Source: Vicugna vicugna (taxonomy: Eukaryota). Taken from it: a stretch of DNA of 64,000 nucleotides. The stretch spans positions 2,544,001 to 2,608,000 of the forward strand of contig MU058687.1 in assembly GCA_013265495.1 (NCBI GenBank), given 5' to 3'. This document shows, one piece after another, positions 26,481 through 40,200 of this stretch. The notes beneath the pieces were generated by a model. It was not told the DNA's origin. It searched no databases and saw only the letters and a program-made list of their open reading frames with translations. The stretch's first letter is position 1; every line of letters begins with the position of its first letter. The position numbers were made by a program, and so were the translations under genes.

Positions 26481-27851
26481 GGATGTGGGTGATACCATCC
26501 ACTACCCCCAGTCATCTTGTTCCCTGTTATATGCCCAGCACCTAGTGTGGTTTCAGGTATATGGTGGGCGCTCAATAAATACTTGTTGGGTAACTGGATG
26601 TTTTACCATCTGAAGATGTATTTAAAATTATTCCAAAGTCAGCAGGAGAAAGGACCCTGAACTTGAACTTCAGAATGGTGAGCTCAAAGCACACTAAGCT
26701 GTATGACCTTAGGCAAGTCCCTTCCCCTTCCCGATCTCAGTCTTCATAGCCATAAAAAGAAGACTCGAATGCCTGTCTTGCCTGACTCATTGGACTGTGA
26801 TGAGGAGCCAATGGGAGAAACAATCTGAAAGTGCTTTGGAACGCCAGAACATGCTACAACTCCTTCCTGTGAAAGAAGCCCAGAACATGGAATAAGATCT
26901 GAAAAAACAGATTCCGGGTCAAGTAAATTCTTTCAGACAGTTTCCTCACTTACAAAATAGGCAAAATGATAATCAGGCCACAGCACATCTCAGAGTGCTG
27001 TCACGGGCTGAGAAGGCAAGATAATGGAGGTGGCGTGCTCCACTCCCTTTTGAAACTATGAAAATGACAATGAAGGGATGTGGATTTTTAAAGGGGGATC
27101 ATAAACCCATGATGACAAAGCAACAAGAGAGGAAATGACAGCCACAAAACTTTGGAAGCTGGAAAGTAGATGGCCAATTAGTAAACAGCTTAGCTAGTAG
27201 AGAAAGTTAATTACTAAAATACTGCTCAGGAAAGAAGGAATGTAGCTTGCCCCAAACGTTAGGCAACAGACACTTCTGGAAGTGAGGGTAAAGGTGGGGC
27301 AAAGAACAGAAAGAGTGGTTGAAAGTCTTTTTAAGAAGTTAGAGCTCCAAATCCCCTCCTCAACCCTGGCAGAAATTCCTGGGCGTGGGAGCACCCAGCA
27401 AGCTGTTTTTACAAGCCCTCTAAGTGATCCAGGGGCTATCTGGAGAGTATCTGACTCCAGAGGGATGCACACTTAACAATTGTCTTTCTACTGACTTGGC
27501 TATTTTACAACCCTGTAAGGATAGAAGTTTAGCTGTAGAAAAATTGGGAGTAATGCAAATTTTTCTTGGCCATAGAAATGCAAATTAATTTCTCCAGTAG
27601 AGCTACATTGGTTTTTAGAAAAAAAATCACCCCATTCCAGTTCATTGCCCCATGGGATATTAACTAGTTTTACATCCATTGGCAAATTCATTTCAGTATT
27701 AGTAATTATATGGATCTGCTCAAATCTCCCCTTAACTGGCTTTAACAACTTCCTAGTTCTCTCATTACTTAAGTAAATAAATCATTAACACAAATTCATT
27801 TTATATATGTATGAGAGCTGTTTTTACCTTTTTGAAAAGTATGCTTCAGCA

Positions 27852-28047
27852 GAGTGATTCTCAAAGTAAAGTCCCAGACCAGCTGCAAGATCAGCTGCAA
27901 GATCACCTGGGAACTTGCTAAAGATGCAGATTCTCAGACCTCACCCAGGCCTGCTGAATCTGAAACTCTAGGGGTGGGGCCCAGCCATGCGTGTTGTTAG
28001 GGACCCCCTCCCAGGTTCTGATGCACACTCAAGTCTGAGAAGCACTG
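27852..28047. mobile_element. MER5A (hAT-Charlie MITE)
   Basis: TIRs gtgattctcaaag / ctgagaagcactg; core atcacctgggaacttgctaaagatgcagattctc; internal 12-bp duplication cagctgcaagat. Confidence 0.8.
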
Positions 28048-31000
28048 CTTTAGCACTTCCATCAAACTCTACCAAGATGCTGCTTTAGTCCTGATTCTGT
28101 TGAAACGTCCGAACTTGACGGTCTACGTGGTCTCTAACATAGCCTGCTTGTGACGGATGAGAACAGGCCAGGCCAGGCCACCCTTCTCTCTTATCTCCAG
28201 GGATGCCTCAGCTGTCCATCACTCACTCCCTGTCTCTCTGCAGCACCAAGAGATGGAACAAGAGTCCTTTGTGAGCCAGACAGAACATGAAAGTCAAGAT
28301 TCCTTGAGAGGATACATTTAGGGCCTGTTGGTACCTGCTGGTCTGACTTGGTGGGACTAAAACCCTCAAGCTTCAGAACTAATAGGCCCAAAGGGGCCAT
28401 GACCCCAAAGAGAAGGGATTAGCATGAAGGAAAAACAACCTCGGAACCCATCCCTAAATGTGTTTATTTATTCTCTGCCTCCTGCAATAATGGAGTGTTA
28501 TTTCATTGCTGGCAGATGCAAAGTAACAAGCCCATTGTGTGCTGATCTGGAGCACATATGCCGTGCATTTGTCTTGCAGCCTGACTGGGCGCTTTGCCCT
28601 GTTCACAGGAAGCCCTCCCTGACAGCCGAATGCCACACAAGCCCGATAACTGCCCTTCACTGGGGGAGGATCTGCCTGAAAAATTGCCTTCCCTTCCTCC
28701 GCACAACTGATGGGGTGGGTAGGGCCACTCCTCACTACCATGGACCAACACCCTCCATCCCACCTGACCACTGCCAAGCCGGCTGCTGCCCGTCACTCTC
28801 CTGGGAACCTACTGCAGAGGAATACAAAGCCCAGGGGCAATCCAATGGTGGACGTGCACCCAAGGGAGGCAGTGGAGCTTAACGATTAAGGGAGGAGATT
28901 CAGCCAGGGCTGGGTTAGCAGAGGTGTGACTTGGACATGTTGCCACCCCTCTTCTAGCCTGTTCCCCTAGTAGAACAGGGATGATAAGAACACCTTCTTC
29001 TAGGGGTGCTGTGAGGACTAAATGAGTTGACTGTTATAAAGCCCTTAACATAGAGCCACTCCCCAAATAAGTGTACTTGGTGGTGGTGGTGGTGGTGGTG
29101 GTTGATGATGAAATATTTCCCTAAAAGCCCCCTGGAAGGGAAACAGGGGCCATAGGATGAAAAATGGGCAGTAAGTGCAGGCTGAACTAACAGAGGCTGG
29201 GAAGGCGCTGGTTATAGAGGACCTGCTCCACCGACAAGAAGCCCCCAGCCTGCACTGAGGTCCGATGGCAACTTCACGTGGCTGTCCTTTGCTTTGTATG
29301 CACGAAGAGAGAGCCACGGGGCCAGTGGGAAAACCAAGCTGGAAAATCTAAGTGGAAGCTCTTTGTCAAGAGGGAAAACACTTAATCAAGTGAGTTTTTT
29401 TCTTCCTTTCTTCATTGTCAAAATCCCTGTCTTTTCAGTAAGATCCTCACAGGCCCAGGTGGAAGGCCACTGCTTACCTAAAATCTGTGGTTCCCAGCTG
29501 GGGGTGACTGTCACAAGTGAGGATTTGCTGCCAGCTTCTAGTGGGTAGAGGCCTTGGGTGCCACTAAACATCCTACAGCTCCTCACAATAACGAAGTGCA
29601 CACCCCAACACCAACAGTGCCTAAAGCTAAACATCGTGGCCTGGACTAGAGCGAAGCTCTCCTTCCTCTATGCTCTTCATACACCTCGCTTGAGCCTGTG
29701 TTGGGGCACTGACCTGACTCTGCCAGGTGCTGTGGTTAGCTGGTGGCCTCCTGGTACAGTAGAAAGGGCACAGGCTCTGAAACCTGGCTCAGCCACCCAT
29801 TGGCTAAGACCCAGAGACAGTCATTTAGCTTCTCTGAGACCCTTCCTCGTCTGAAAATGGAACTTAGAATCCAAATTTGCAAGGTTATGGTAAAGATTAC
29901 ATCAAATACTCTGTGTCGAGCACCTGGCACATGGTAAGTGCTCAGTGAGTTGTAGGGTCATGTCTTCCTAGATACAACCCAGAAGGCCACAGTCATGTCT
30001 TGTATATCTTTATATTGCCTACAGCATCTTAGGCTATACCATGCACATAGAAGGTGCTCAGAAACTGTTGAACTAAAGTGAAGTCCTGCCTGGAAGCCAA
30101 GGCTCAAGAAATAAACTCAGCCCACCTCTTAGACCTAGAGTCCCCGCAACTTGTAAATGGTTTTGATCTAGTCTTCAGGATGCACCAATATGTCAGAACA
30201 GTGTCTGTTTCTCCCTTTGCCAAGTCGTGGGTCCTTCCAGGGAGCAGGGAGACTGAGCTTAGTCTTTGATTCTTTCTGGGACAACCAGAGCCTTGGCTGC
30301 TGCTTGGGAGCAACTACCACCATCCGGCTATTCCCAGCTGACCAACACAATAACCTGTCAGTAGCCAAACACCTGCCATAGTACATGGAGAAAAACATCA
30401 AGGAAATGACAGTTTCCTAACAAAAGAGGGATGCAAGTCTAGATGAGTATGAGCTGCCTGGAAAATGAGAGGGGCCATCACCCAGTTCTCCAGATTGAAC
30501 GAGCCTTTCTAAATACACACCCCACCCATACCCACCCACTGATACACACAAATGTGAGAAGATCATCTCCATCCCTTTCCACTGCAAAGCTTTCAAGGGC
30601 TCATCTACTACCCGCTTCCCTACTAGAGAAGCTATCAGGGAAGGCATATTGGACCAGGAGGGAGAACTGAAAGTGTGATCCCAGTCAGTAACAGGCTGTG
30701 CAATTTTAAGCAAGTCCTTCACCTCTCTGAGCCTCAGTTTCCCAACTATGAAATGGAAACCTGGACGAGAAAAGTCCTTCTGGCTGTGATATTCCATGCT
30801 CTTTCCACAGCCAGTCGTGGCTTCGCTCCCATATAGATCTGCTGAACACCATACAGACAAACCTGATACATTCCAAGTCCAGCTCTTGCTGCTTTACAAG
30901 GCCTGGATCTCCTATTACTTTACTAGGTGGCCCCCAGAAAATGGCAGGGGAGCACTATCTCCCCCACTGTTAGAGTTCTTTGGAATTGTCACATTAGTCC

Positions 31001-32345
31001 TGCCCTTCTCATCCCTCCCAAGACCAGGCCAAGCTACCCAAGAAGTATCAGGCAGGGACTCAGATTGCAAAGATACATGGTGACACAGACACTCTGCCAG
31101 CACTCAGGAATCCAGGCCAAGAATAGATAATGCTTACACCAAGCATGCATGATAATTGCTAGGTGTCTAAGAGCTAACTGCTCCAGGTACAACACTGCTC
31201 TTAGCAGCTTTCTCCAAAATCCCTTAATAAAAGGAATCCAGGCACAACCATCACCTAAAAGGAGAACTGTACTCTAAATCCTCCCCTGTCTTATTCCTGG
31301 ATCTTCTTCCTTCCAGGCCCCCAGTAACCTCACTGAGCCCAGTGTTTGGGTTGCATCAGCTCTGGGGCTTCCCCTCACACACAAAGGACTGCATCTCACC
31401 TGCACAAAGCTTTCTTTCCCATGTGGATACAAAGCACTACACTGCTGCCTGCCAGCTGCCCTGCACTCTCAGCTATGGGGTAGACACAGGGAGGCAAAGG
31501 GGAAAGAAGACCAAGTCTGGAGTTGGAATCCCAGCTGTGCCAAGTTGGACAAGCTATAATCCTCAACCTTTTTGTGTCTCAGTTTGTTCACTATAAACTG
31601 ATGTCAGGAAAACCCACCTTCCAAGAGTATCCTGGGGGTTAAATGAACAACCTACACTAGGTGCTCAGAAAAGTGTGCTATTTCTACAGGGATTTCACCA
31701 ACTTGCCTGAAAAATTCAGTTTCAAGAACAAAACACCCAAACAATTTGAAAAAAGAAATGATTTAAAACCAGAAGGTCTTTTGGTCCTTCATCAGAAGTA
31801 AATTGGATTCTCTTTGGATTAAGGAAGAACAGACTAGTTCTTCTCTAAGAATTTTACATTTGATTCAGACAGATGCCAAATGCATGGAGAACTCTGATTC
31901 TGTCATAAGAAGCCCAGAATGGAGGTCAGACCCACACTGACTCAGGTTTTCAGGTTACCTAAAGCAGCTCACTTCACTGGTCAGACCAGATTGTAGTGAT
32001 TCTCAAGCCCAGCTACACATTAGCATCAGCTGGGGAGCTCTTCCAACCCATGGGTGTGCAATCCCCATCCCAAAGCAATTTCACCAGAATCTCTGCTGGG
32101 TAGGGTGGGGTATCAGTACTTTAAAGAGCTACCTGAATGATTCTCATGTGAGAGCCACTGGACCAAAAGATCTCTAGCATCCTTCCCAGGCATCTTGTGC
32201 CTATAATAATGGATGACACAGAATAGACACTTAGTACATGTTTGTTAAATAAACTCTGACTCATCAGAATTTTTTATATTTCCATATTCACCATGCATGA
32301 AATAAAAGATGAAAAGAAGAAGAGCTGAATTCCAAGTAAGACTCC

Positions 32346-32560
32346 TAGAGCAATGCTGTCCAACAGACATTTCAGCAATGATGGAAATGTTCTATAATCT
32401 CTGCTTTTCAGTACAGCAGCCATAAACCGTACGTGGCTACTGAGTACTTGAAATGTGGCTAGTGTGACTGAGGAACTGAATTTTAAATTTTATTTAAAGT
32501 TAATTAAATTTAAATAGCCACATGACTTCTGGCTACCATAATGGACAGTACAAACATAGA
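32346..32560. mobile_element. MER3 (hAT-Charlie MITE)
   Basis: gctgtccaacagacatttc...atgatggaaatgttctata...tggctactgagtacttgaaatgtggctagtgtgactgaggaactgaattttaa. Confidence 0.82.
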
Positions 32561-32834
32561 ACGTCTACCCTTTATAAACATACCCTTATCTGTGCACCTC
32601 CATGCCCCTCTTTCACTAATAGCATACCATCTTCATTTAGGGCAGCCCCCTGCCAGTCTCTTGGGGACAGCTAATGAAGCTGCCGTGCCCTTCTCCAGCC
32701 AAGGGGTGAGCCCAGGACCCAATCTAAGTCAACTAGACTCGCCTCTTCAGGAATTTTACTCTAGCTTCAGTGTCACAAGAATAGAAAATGAGTTGGAGCA
32801 GATTCATATCAATGCTGATATTGTTATTAAGACA

Positions 32835-32977
32835 CTGTGTATATATTTCCAGAACATTAGTCCAGAGTGTGACGATCACAACAGTGATATATGATGTGAA
32901 CTAGGCATCTGTGTATTAGTTTCCAGAACATTAGTCCAAAGTGTAATGATCACAACAGTGATATATGATGTGAGCTA
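32835..32977. repeat. Diverged tandem duplication, period 74 bp
   Basis: 32835-32903 and 32909-32977 share tttccagaacattagtcca and gatcacaacagtgatatatgatgtga. Confidence 0.9.
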
Positions 32978-33784
32978 TAAGCACCATTACCATCATCCTC
33001 CTTGTCATCAGCACAGTCCCCAGTACCTAGAAGCTCTGATGTGCCAGCTCCTGAACTAAGTACTTAAGTTGCTAAGCTTCTCTGAACATCATTTCTTCAT
33101 CTGTAAAATGGGAATTAGCCCATCCGAACCTCTTCCAGAGTTTTTATGAAGACAGATAACATTCATAAGAGCTTTGAGCCAAATAAGGAGTTATCCAACT
33201 GTCTGTTAGAGGTGTTGCTCTCTGGTATTGGCATGGGGGAATCATGGGAGGGTTTGATGTAGGACCCAGTACCTGAGCTCAGTTCACAAGCTGTGTGACA
33301 CCAGGCAAGACCTTTGCCCTTCCTGGGCTTTCAGCTAAGATGAGATTGAGTTAGACACATCCCTTTCCAGTTTTGCCATTTTCTAACCTATTTGCATGCC
33401 CCTCCCACCTTGCCTGACACCTATCCCTTCCTCGTTTTATGAACACAGCCCAGAAAACTCATTAGCCTAGAACTTGCTGGCCTTGTGGCCAACTCATTTC
33501 CTCTTTCCCCAGCAACCCATCTGACCAAGAAGTTGCCCAGGATAAGCCCACCCATAGCTTCTTGTACTAAGCTTCTGGCAAAGCACATTATTGGAATCAT
33601 GATTAACCGTCTCCTCCACTAGTAGACCATAGCCCTCCTAGGGCAAAGATCGTGTCGCTCTTATTCACCATTGTATCGCCAGTGCCTAGTACAGAGCCAG
33701 GCACATATTAGGTGCTCAATAAGTACTTACTGTTTGAATGAATACCCCAAATTAATTTTACTATTTATCATTTCAGGAAACCCA

Positions 33785-34315
33785 CAGTATTCGTTTTTTA
33801 ATGCTGTATAACAAAGTACCTCAAAACTTACTGGCTTAAAACAACAATAATCACTTCTTAACTCCCAATTTCTGTGGGAGTGAAATTCAGACAGGGCACA
33901 GCAAGGTTGGCTTGTCTCTGTTTCATATCCTGGACCTTGGCTGAAAGACAAAGGCTAGGGGCCAGAATCATCTCAGTTCACCACCAATCTGGTGACTGAG
34001 ACCTGCTGTCATCTGAGAGTCTAGCGGGAGAGGTAGCCAGATCATCCCATGTCACGTCTGCCATGTGGCCTGGGCTTCCTCACAACCTGGTGGCTGGGTT
34101 CCAAGGGTGGGCATCCTGAGAGAGTAAGAAAGAGACAGGATGAAGGTCTCCTTTTTATGACCTAGGATTAAGGGGTACATCCCATCACTTCCACCACATT
34201 CTATTCATTAGAAGCCGATCACTAAGTCTAGCCCACATTCAAAGGGAGGAGAATAAGGGCCCACCTTTCGAAAGAAGTAGTAAAGAACTTGCATACATAT
34301 TTTAAAACCACTACA
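33785..34315 (-). mobile_element. MaLR solo LTR (MLT1F/G-like)
   Basis: tgctgtataacaaagtacctcaaaacttactggcttaaaacaacaa...catcacttccaccacattctattcattagaagc...ttttaaaaccactaca. Confidence 0.75.
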
Positions 34316-35159
34316 ACCACGCAGCTAGCACAAGAGGCAAAAATGCATGGTGAAAGCTCAGTGTCTGAAGAAGTACTTGTTGGTCCCTGATGGTATTCAC
34401 ATACTTGGAATGTCTTGCCTCAGTCATCTTAAAAGGATCCCTTTTTAACTCGCTTTCTTGAAGTCCACTGACCCTTTCCATCACTGATCACCCTTGGTTT
34501 CTGACACTGGAGGCAGCAAGAGGTTGCTACTGGAGCTAGAAGACCTAGGATTCACACAACAGGGACAACTTTAAGGAACAGATGGGGAACACAGGACCTC
34601 GGGATTCTCTATAGCCTTCTCTGTCCCAGCCCAGGGGAAGTAAGAAATACAGCAGAGACCTAAGAATGCGAATCTGTTTGCTGGGTCTCAGGAATCCACA
34701 TTTACTCACCAGGCCTTTTTCACACTAACTCCTGGTAGAGGGGAGGGGACGCGTCTTAAAGCACGCATCACTGTCTGTCTCATTTTAGTAAAGTTTCTCC
34801 CTATTGCTCCTAGTTCGCGCCTTTCAGGGCTACCATTCGGGGGGGGGGGGGGTGCCTTGGGTCTCCGCAGTCCTGGGCCCGCGCACAACAATGAGCCATA
34901 GTGTCACTTTTTCTGGGCCAGCTGACCCTCCCCAGCCATTGCCTCCCACTTCCATGGGTCTCGGTCCAAAGACTCCTGCGCAGCATCCTTCCTGCAGTGT
35001 GTGCGGGGGCGGGGGCGCCCAGAGCCGTGTCCAGGGAGGCCCACTACAGGGCAAAGCCAGCGTACCCTGCTCCCACAGGTGCAGGTCATGGGGTGGAATA
35101 GGGTGACTTTTAACCCTTTCACCTTCAGAGGTAGTGACTCTGACCCCTGATAGCCTCCT

Positions 35160-36540
35160 TTAAGGGACGCGCGCGCCAGAGGTGGGGGTGGGGGACTGGG
35201 TGCTCACCCAGTATGAAGACCTCGGCTGATAGATTGGGAAACCAAGGCCCACAGAGGGAAGTGATCTGTTGGATGTTCCACAGGAAAACAGTCGCTGAAT
35301 CCAGTCTAGAACCCTCGTCTTCGGGCCATACTCCGGTTTCTACACCTTGAGGGCCCCAGCGAAGTAGTCCCTTAGGAAATTCCGGCCCGCGGGCCTTCCA
35401 AGCCCGGAATCTCCGTGGAGTTTGCACTCCGTTTGGCACGTTGTAAACTCCCCCAGCAGCTTCGCACCGGTTTCGCGGCGTCCTGGGAGACGGGTGAGAG
35501 AGGAGCACACGCCCGTCTGCGTCCGAGAGATAACTTGGGGCAGAGAGACGGATGGCTGAGGGAGGCGGAGGCCCCGGCGGGAACGCGCTGGCCCTTTAAG
35601 GGGGGGACGGAGCGCATGCGCGGCGCGGGACCGAGTCGAGTCGGGTGGGCGGCGGGCGGGCCAGGGACCCGGCCGGTGACTGCTGGGCCCTGAGGCAGCG
35701 GGGGCGGCGGGGGCCCGAGCTTCGCGGAGCCACGGAGCCGCGACCTGCTCGTGGACCCCGCGCTCGGCGGTCTGCTCTCTGGAGACTAGAGCACCCCGCG
35801 TTAACCGAGGCTTTGTCACTCGCCTCCAGCTTCATCCGCGAGCCGTGACTGCGCGAGCCTAAGAGCTTGCCCTCCCCGCCCCGCGGTCCTGACTCCAACC
35901 CTTAGCCGGGGGCAGCGGGAGCCCGAGCGAACAGCAGCGGAGCATCCTTCGCCCGCCGCGGCCGCGCCACCGCCCATGCTGCAGCCAGTCCCAGGCGGCG
36001 ACCCTGTGGCCGCAGCCCGCGGCTCGGTGACCTCAGCCTGGCCCCTTCGCGCCGGCGGAGCCTTCCCCGCTGAGCCCCGGGCCCGGGAACGGGACCCGCG
36101 CCCCACAATGGCTCGGCTGGCACAGCGCGGTGCCAGGTGCCCGCCATCCGCCCGCTGAGACGCGCCCGGCTGGGGACCGGCAGGGCCTTGGCGCTCCCCA
36201 CTTCGCTTCCCTGCCGAGCCCTTCCCCTTTCTGGGGGCTCCGTTGCTGCTTCCCGGGGACGGAGTGACGGGGGGCCGAGACAAAGCCCACTTTGTGCGGG
36301 GAGTTGGCTGCGGGCGTGGAATGTGCGCGTTGGCGCACGCCCCCTCTCCCGCACCCCATCAGCTGTGAGTCTTGGCTCCTGGACTCGTCGCATCGGAGCA
36401 ATCGCGACCCCGTGCCGCCCTCGGTCCGGCGGTCCCCCCCAACTCCAAAACTGGGACCTAGGGCGCCCAGTCGGTGTGGGCACTTGTGCCTTGACCCTTT
36501 CGTGGCCGCAGGTCTGAGCTGCCCGGCCTCAGTTTCCCTC
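35160..36540. promoter_or_regulatory. CpG island / VASH1 promoter and 5' leader
   Basis: Very GC-rich with dense CpG, directly upstream of the VASH1 ATG. Contains GC boxes (GGGCGG near 35647-35660), an NRF1 palindrome GCGCATGCGC at 35612-35621 and an E2F-like TTTCGCGG at 35471. Confidence 0.9.
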
Positions 36541-36913
36541 CGACTTTCTCCTCTGCCAGCCCAGACTGCTGTCCGTTATTGTTCTCTCTGTCAAATGGGG
36601 GTGCTTTGTGAAGGCTGCCAAGGGGTGTATTTTATGTATCCTGTTTTTCAAAAAGAACAAGGCTTGTAAGACTCACCCGGGATAACCAACCCCCTCTGCC
36701 CCGCACTTCGCACTTCACATCAAGGCATTGATTTTTTTTTTCATTGAGTAGTATTTTATTGTACGGGAGCCACGCCCTGGATTCTTAAAGGCGCCTTGTG
36801 CTCTGTTTGACCATGTGTTATCTCTGCAGCTGGTGTGTGGGAGACCTCCTGTGAGCCAACTTTTTTTTTCCTGCCTCCTGATACATCCTCTCACCCCCGC
36901 CAAGGATTTGGGG

Positions 36914-37216
36914 ATGCCAGGGGGGAAGAAGGTGGTTGGGGGTGGCAGCAGCGCTGCTGCCCCCACTACCACTGCTGTTCCCTCTGGGGTCAGGCGTTTG
37001 GAGACAAGTGAAGGGGCCTCAGCCCAGAGAGATGATGAGCCAGAAGAAGAAGGGGAAGAGGACCTGCGAGATGGAGGCATCCCCTTCTTTGTCAACCGGG
37101 GTGGGCTGCCTGTGGACGAGCCCACCTGGGAAAGGATGTGGAAGCACGTGGCCAAGATCCACCCCGATGGAGAGAAGGTGGCTCAGCGGATCCGTGGAGC
37201 CACGGACCTGCCCAAG
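36914..37216 (+). CDS. VASH1: Vasohibin-1 coding exon 1 (MPGGKKVVGGGSS...RIRGATDLPK)
   Basis: Translation matches the recalled mammalian VASH1 N-terminus (DLRDGGIPFFVNRGGLPVDEPTWERMWKHVAKIHPDGEKVAQRIRGATDLPK). ATG at 36914; donor AAG|GTGAGG at 37217; 303 nt, phase 0. Confidence 0.97.
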
Positions 37217-40200
37217 GTGAGGGGGGTGTGTGTGTATATGTTGAGGAGGGTGGACATCTAAGATTTTAGTGACCGTGGCGCTTTGAGAGCAAAGCTACAC
37301 TTTCCTTGGTGGGGTCGGCAACCACTGGCACAGTAAGATGTTAAAATACAGACAGGTTGTACCTGTGCAAAAGAACTTTTTCTTAATTGCCATTGAGGTT
37401 TTCTGTGAAGTCCACATGCCCTTTTTCCAGAAGGCCCTCCTCCATCTCTTTTAAAATGCCCATGTTTTGTGAGCAGAGCAGCAGGTTAGCTAACAAGTAC
37501 ACTAATGTGGCTTGACATCTTGTTTGCTAAGCTAGAGGACTGTGGGCAGAGAGAGAATGAATGACCAAGGAGGGCCCAGTGCTTCAGATGCTGAGAAAGT
37601 ATTTTCATGTGTTATTTCACTGAATTCTCCAACAGCCTTGTGAATTATGTGCAGTTGGGGCCCTGTTTTGCAGACAAGAAAGCTGAAACTTCAAGGAGGA
37701 ACTCAGGGTCCCACAGCCAGTAAGTGGCAGAGCTGGGTCTTCCTCTGCTGGGCTGGACACTAGGTTCAGGGCAGTTACAAGAGGGCCTGTGGAGAAGGGC
37801 AAAGTTCAATCATTTTCTGTGCTCTGCTGGAACTCCTCCATGACGGCTGTCCTTCAGTTGTGTCACCGCGGAGGCTGAGCTGTCTTATTCATCTTTGTCC
37901 TCCTGTGTGCCTGGCACAGAACAGACACTTGTACGTATTTGCTGAATGAAAGGGTGCTTGAGACTTTCCATGCCCTGTAGTGCTATGTGGAAGACACGCT
38001 AGATTTTTTTTTCTTCAGCATTATGCTTAAGACTCAGGAAGTACTGTCCCAAATGCAGAGGCCTGAAATCTCCAAAAAAGAGACATTTGGACAGAGGTCA
38101 GAGCCCCATGCTTAGTGCTGCCTGCTCAGGGGAGAAGAAGGGGCCAGGGAGAGCAGCAGTTAGTGTGGATTAGATGTGGAGTCGGGTGGCCTGTTTTGTT
38201 TTGTTTTCATCAAGTTATTGGTATAACCATCGGATACTGTCTTCTGGGGCAAGCTGAATTCAGAGGTTGAAGGTCGAGCAACTGCCTCATGTTTTCAGAG
38301 GAAATAAAATGTGGTTTGATTTTGATTGGCTACATAATCGCTGTCTGTACTTAGAACTTACTTAGCTAATTCTGTATGGTTGGGCATTGTTTCCAATACT
38401 TTATGCTTAAAGTGAACCTTGTGGTGAACATTCTGAAGCAGAAAATTGGGGGTCCATCTCTGATTATCTCCTTGGGGTGAATTCCTGGAGGAGGAAGTAT
38501 TACATCAAAGGCTATAGACATTGGCTCCTTTATCACTGGCCTAGCTCTATGAACACAAGCAGGCCCCTTCAACCTGTTGGAGCCACAGTCTTCTCATCTG
38601 TAAAATGGGGTTGATTATAGTGAAGATTAAATGAGAGCATATAAGAAATGATACAGCCTCAAACCAGTACTAGTTACTGGATGTTCATTACCTCTATGTC
38701 CTTCATCAAGAGGAAGCTAGAGCTCACTCAGCATGTGCTCCAGTGAAGCCAGAGCCACACACTTCTCCCACGTGAGCACAGTGGTGATAAGCAGATGGGT
38801 CTCCAGCTGTCCTTATGTCTAAATCAGGCTGTGGGAGAGTGTGAATGGCTCCCTGCAGAGTGGTCACCACTTCAGGGGACTGAAAAAAAAATCGAAGAGC
38901 TCATGAGCAACTGGTCTTGTAATGTCGTCTTGTTACCTTCAACCTTCCTGTATAGGAAAGACACTGATGAAGGAATGAAGCTATTGTCTGTGGGGGTGTT
39001 GTGACTGGCAGGAATGTGAAGGGATTTTGTGAGAGGGCTGGGAAAATTTAAACTTCCCTTCCTCAAACCCCCGGAAAAGTGCCACAGATGGACAACCCAC
39101 ACGTGTCTGAGTGGGGTGTGTCCTCCACCCTGGCCCAGAGTAGGAAGGAATCTGGGCAAAGCGGAGGAGCCCAGGAGGCATCAGGGTGGATCCCAGAAGG
39201 CCAGCAGAGTGGACCCAGCACTGGACTGGCTTCTCCCTGAGTGGCCATGCCCTTGGAGCTGACACAGGCTTTCTCAGCAGAGGTTACACTATGGTGGGAC
39301 CAAGAGTTGGGGCACGGCCTAATGTTTTAAAAGACCACATGAGCCAGAATTTAAAATTGGGAGATTTCACATAAAGATCCAGATTGTTGGCATCTTTTCA
39401 GAAGATGAGATGATCCGAGAACAGAGAATCCAGGATCCCACATGGCAGCAGGCAGCCGGAGCTGAGGGCTGGTTCCCCTCCCCCAGATGGCCACAGTCCC
39501 CACCACCCACTCTCAGCCTGCCTTCCCTGTTTATGTTACCTGTGCAGCTCGAGCAGGTGGTTGAGTCTGGGACCCCTGCAGTGTAGTGTGATAAAACATC
39601 AGATCCACCAGGTTCAAATCCTGGTGCTCCCTTCACCCCTTGTGTGAGGAAGGTGTGCAGCCTCCTGTGCCTCAGTCTCCTCAGCTGTAAAATGTAAGAT
39701 GGACATGAGAGTGACACACACTTCCGAGGGCTTATTGGGAGGAATCAATGAAGGAAAGCGCGTGAAACAGGTGAGCGTGTGATACGTACCCAGCCGATGG
39801 AGCAGGGAGTTGAGGGTGCAGCAGACCGCCCGGTGGATGCTTTGGGGAAACGCCCTTTAAAAGGATGGTATCAGTATGTTAAAGGGCAGTGCTTTCTAAA
39901 AGGATTCCAGATCCAGGAGCAGTTTGTCCTTGTTGTTTCAAGCTCCCAGTCATCCAGACCCAGCTGCCCCAGGTCCTCTGACTGTGACTCTGGCCATTGA
40001 GCGCCTTCAGGTTGTGAATTTGGACATCTCCTCAAAAAAGGCATTGCCGGGGTCAGCAGGTGCTGACCAGGGTCTTTGGCACACGTTGGAATGACAGTGA
40101 TAGTGGGCGGGAACCGAGCCTCTGCTGCGGGCCAGTCCCTGTCCTACAACCCCGACATGCAGTGTCTCATCTGGGCTCTGAGGATGGTTCTGTTATGGCA

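Noticed and set aside
35125..36669. Many overlapping 100-190 aa ORFs on both strands
   Set aside because: Expected from stop-codon scarcity in a CpG island; the Arg/Pro/Gly/Ala-rich translations contain no recognisable domain.
36752..36913. Non-AUG N-terminal extension of VASH1
   Set aside because: The frame is open for 54 codons with CTG/GTG codons, but it crosses a poly-T run and has no supporting homology; it cannot be supported from sequence alone.
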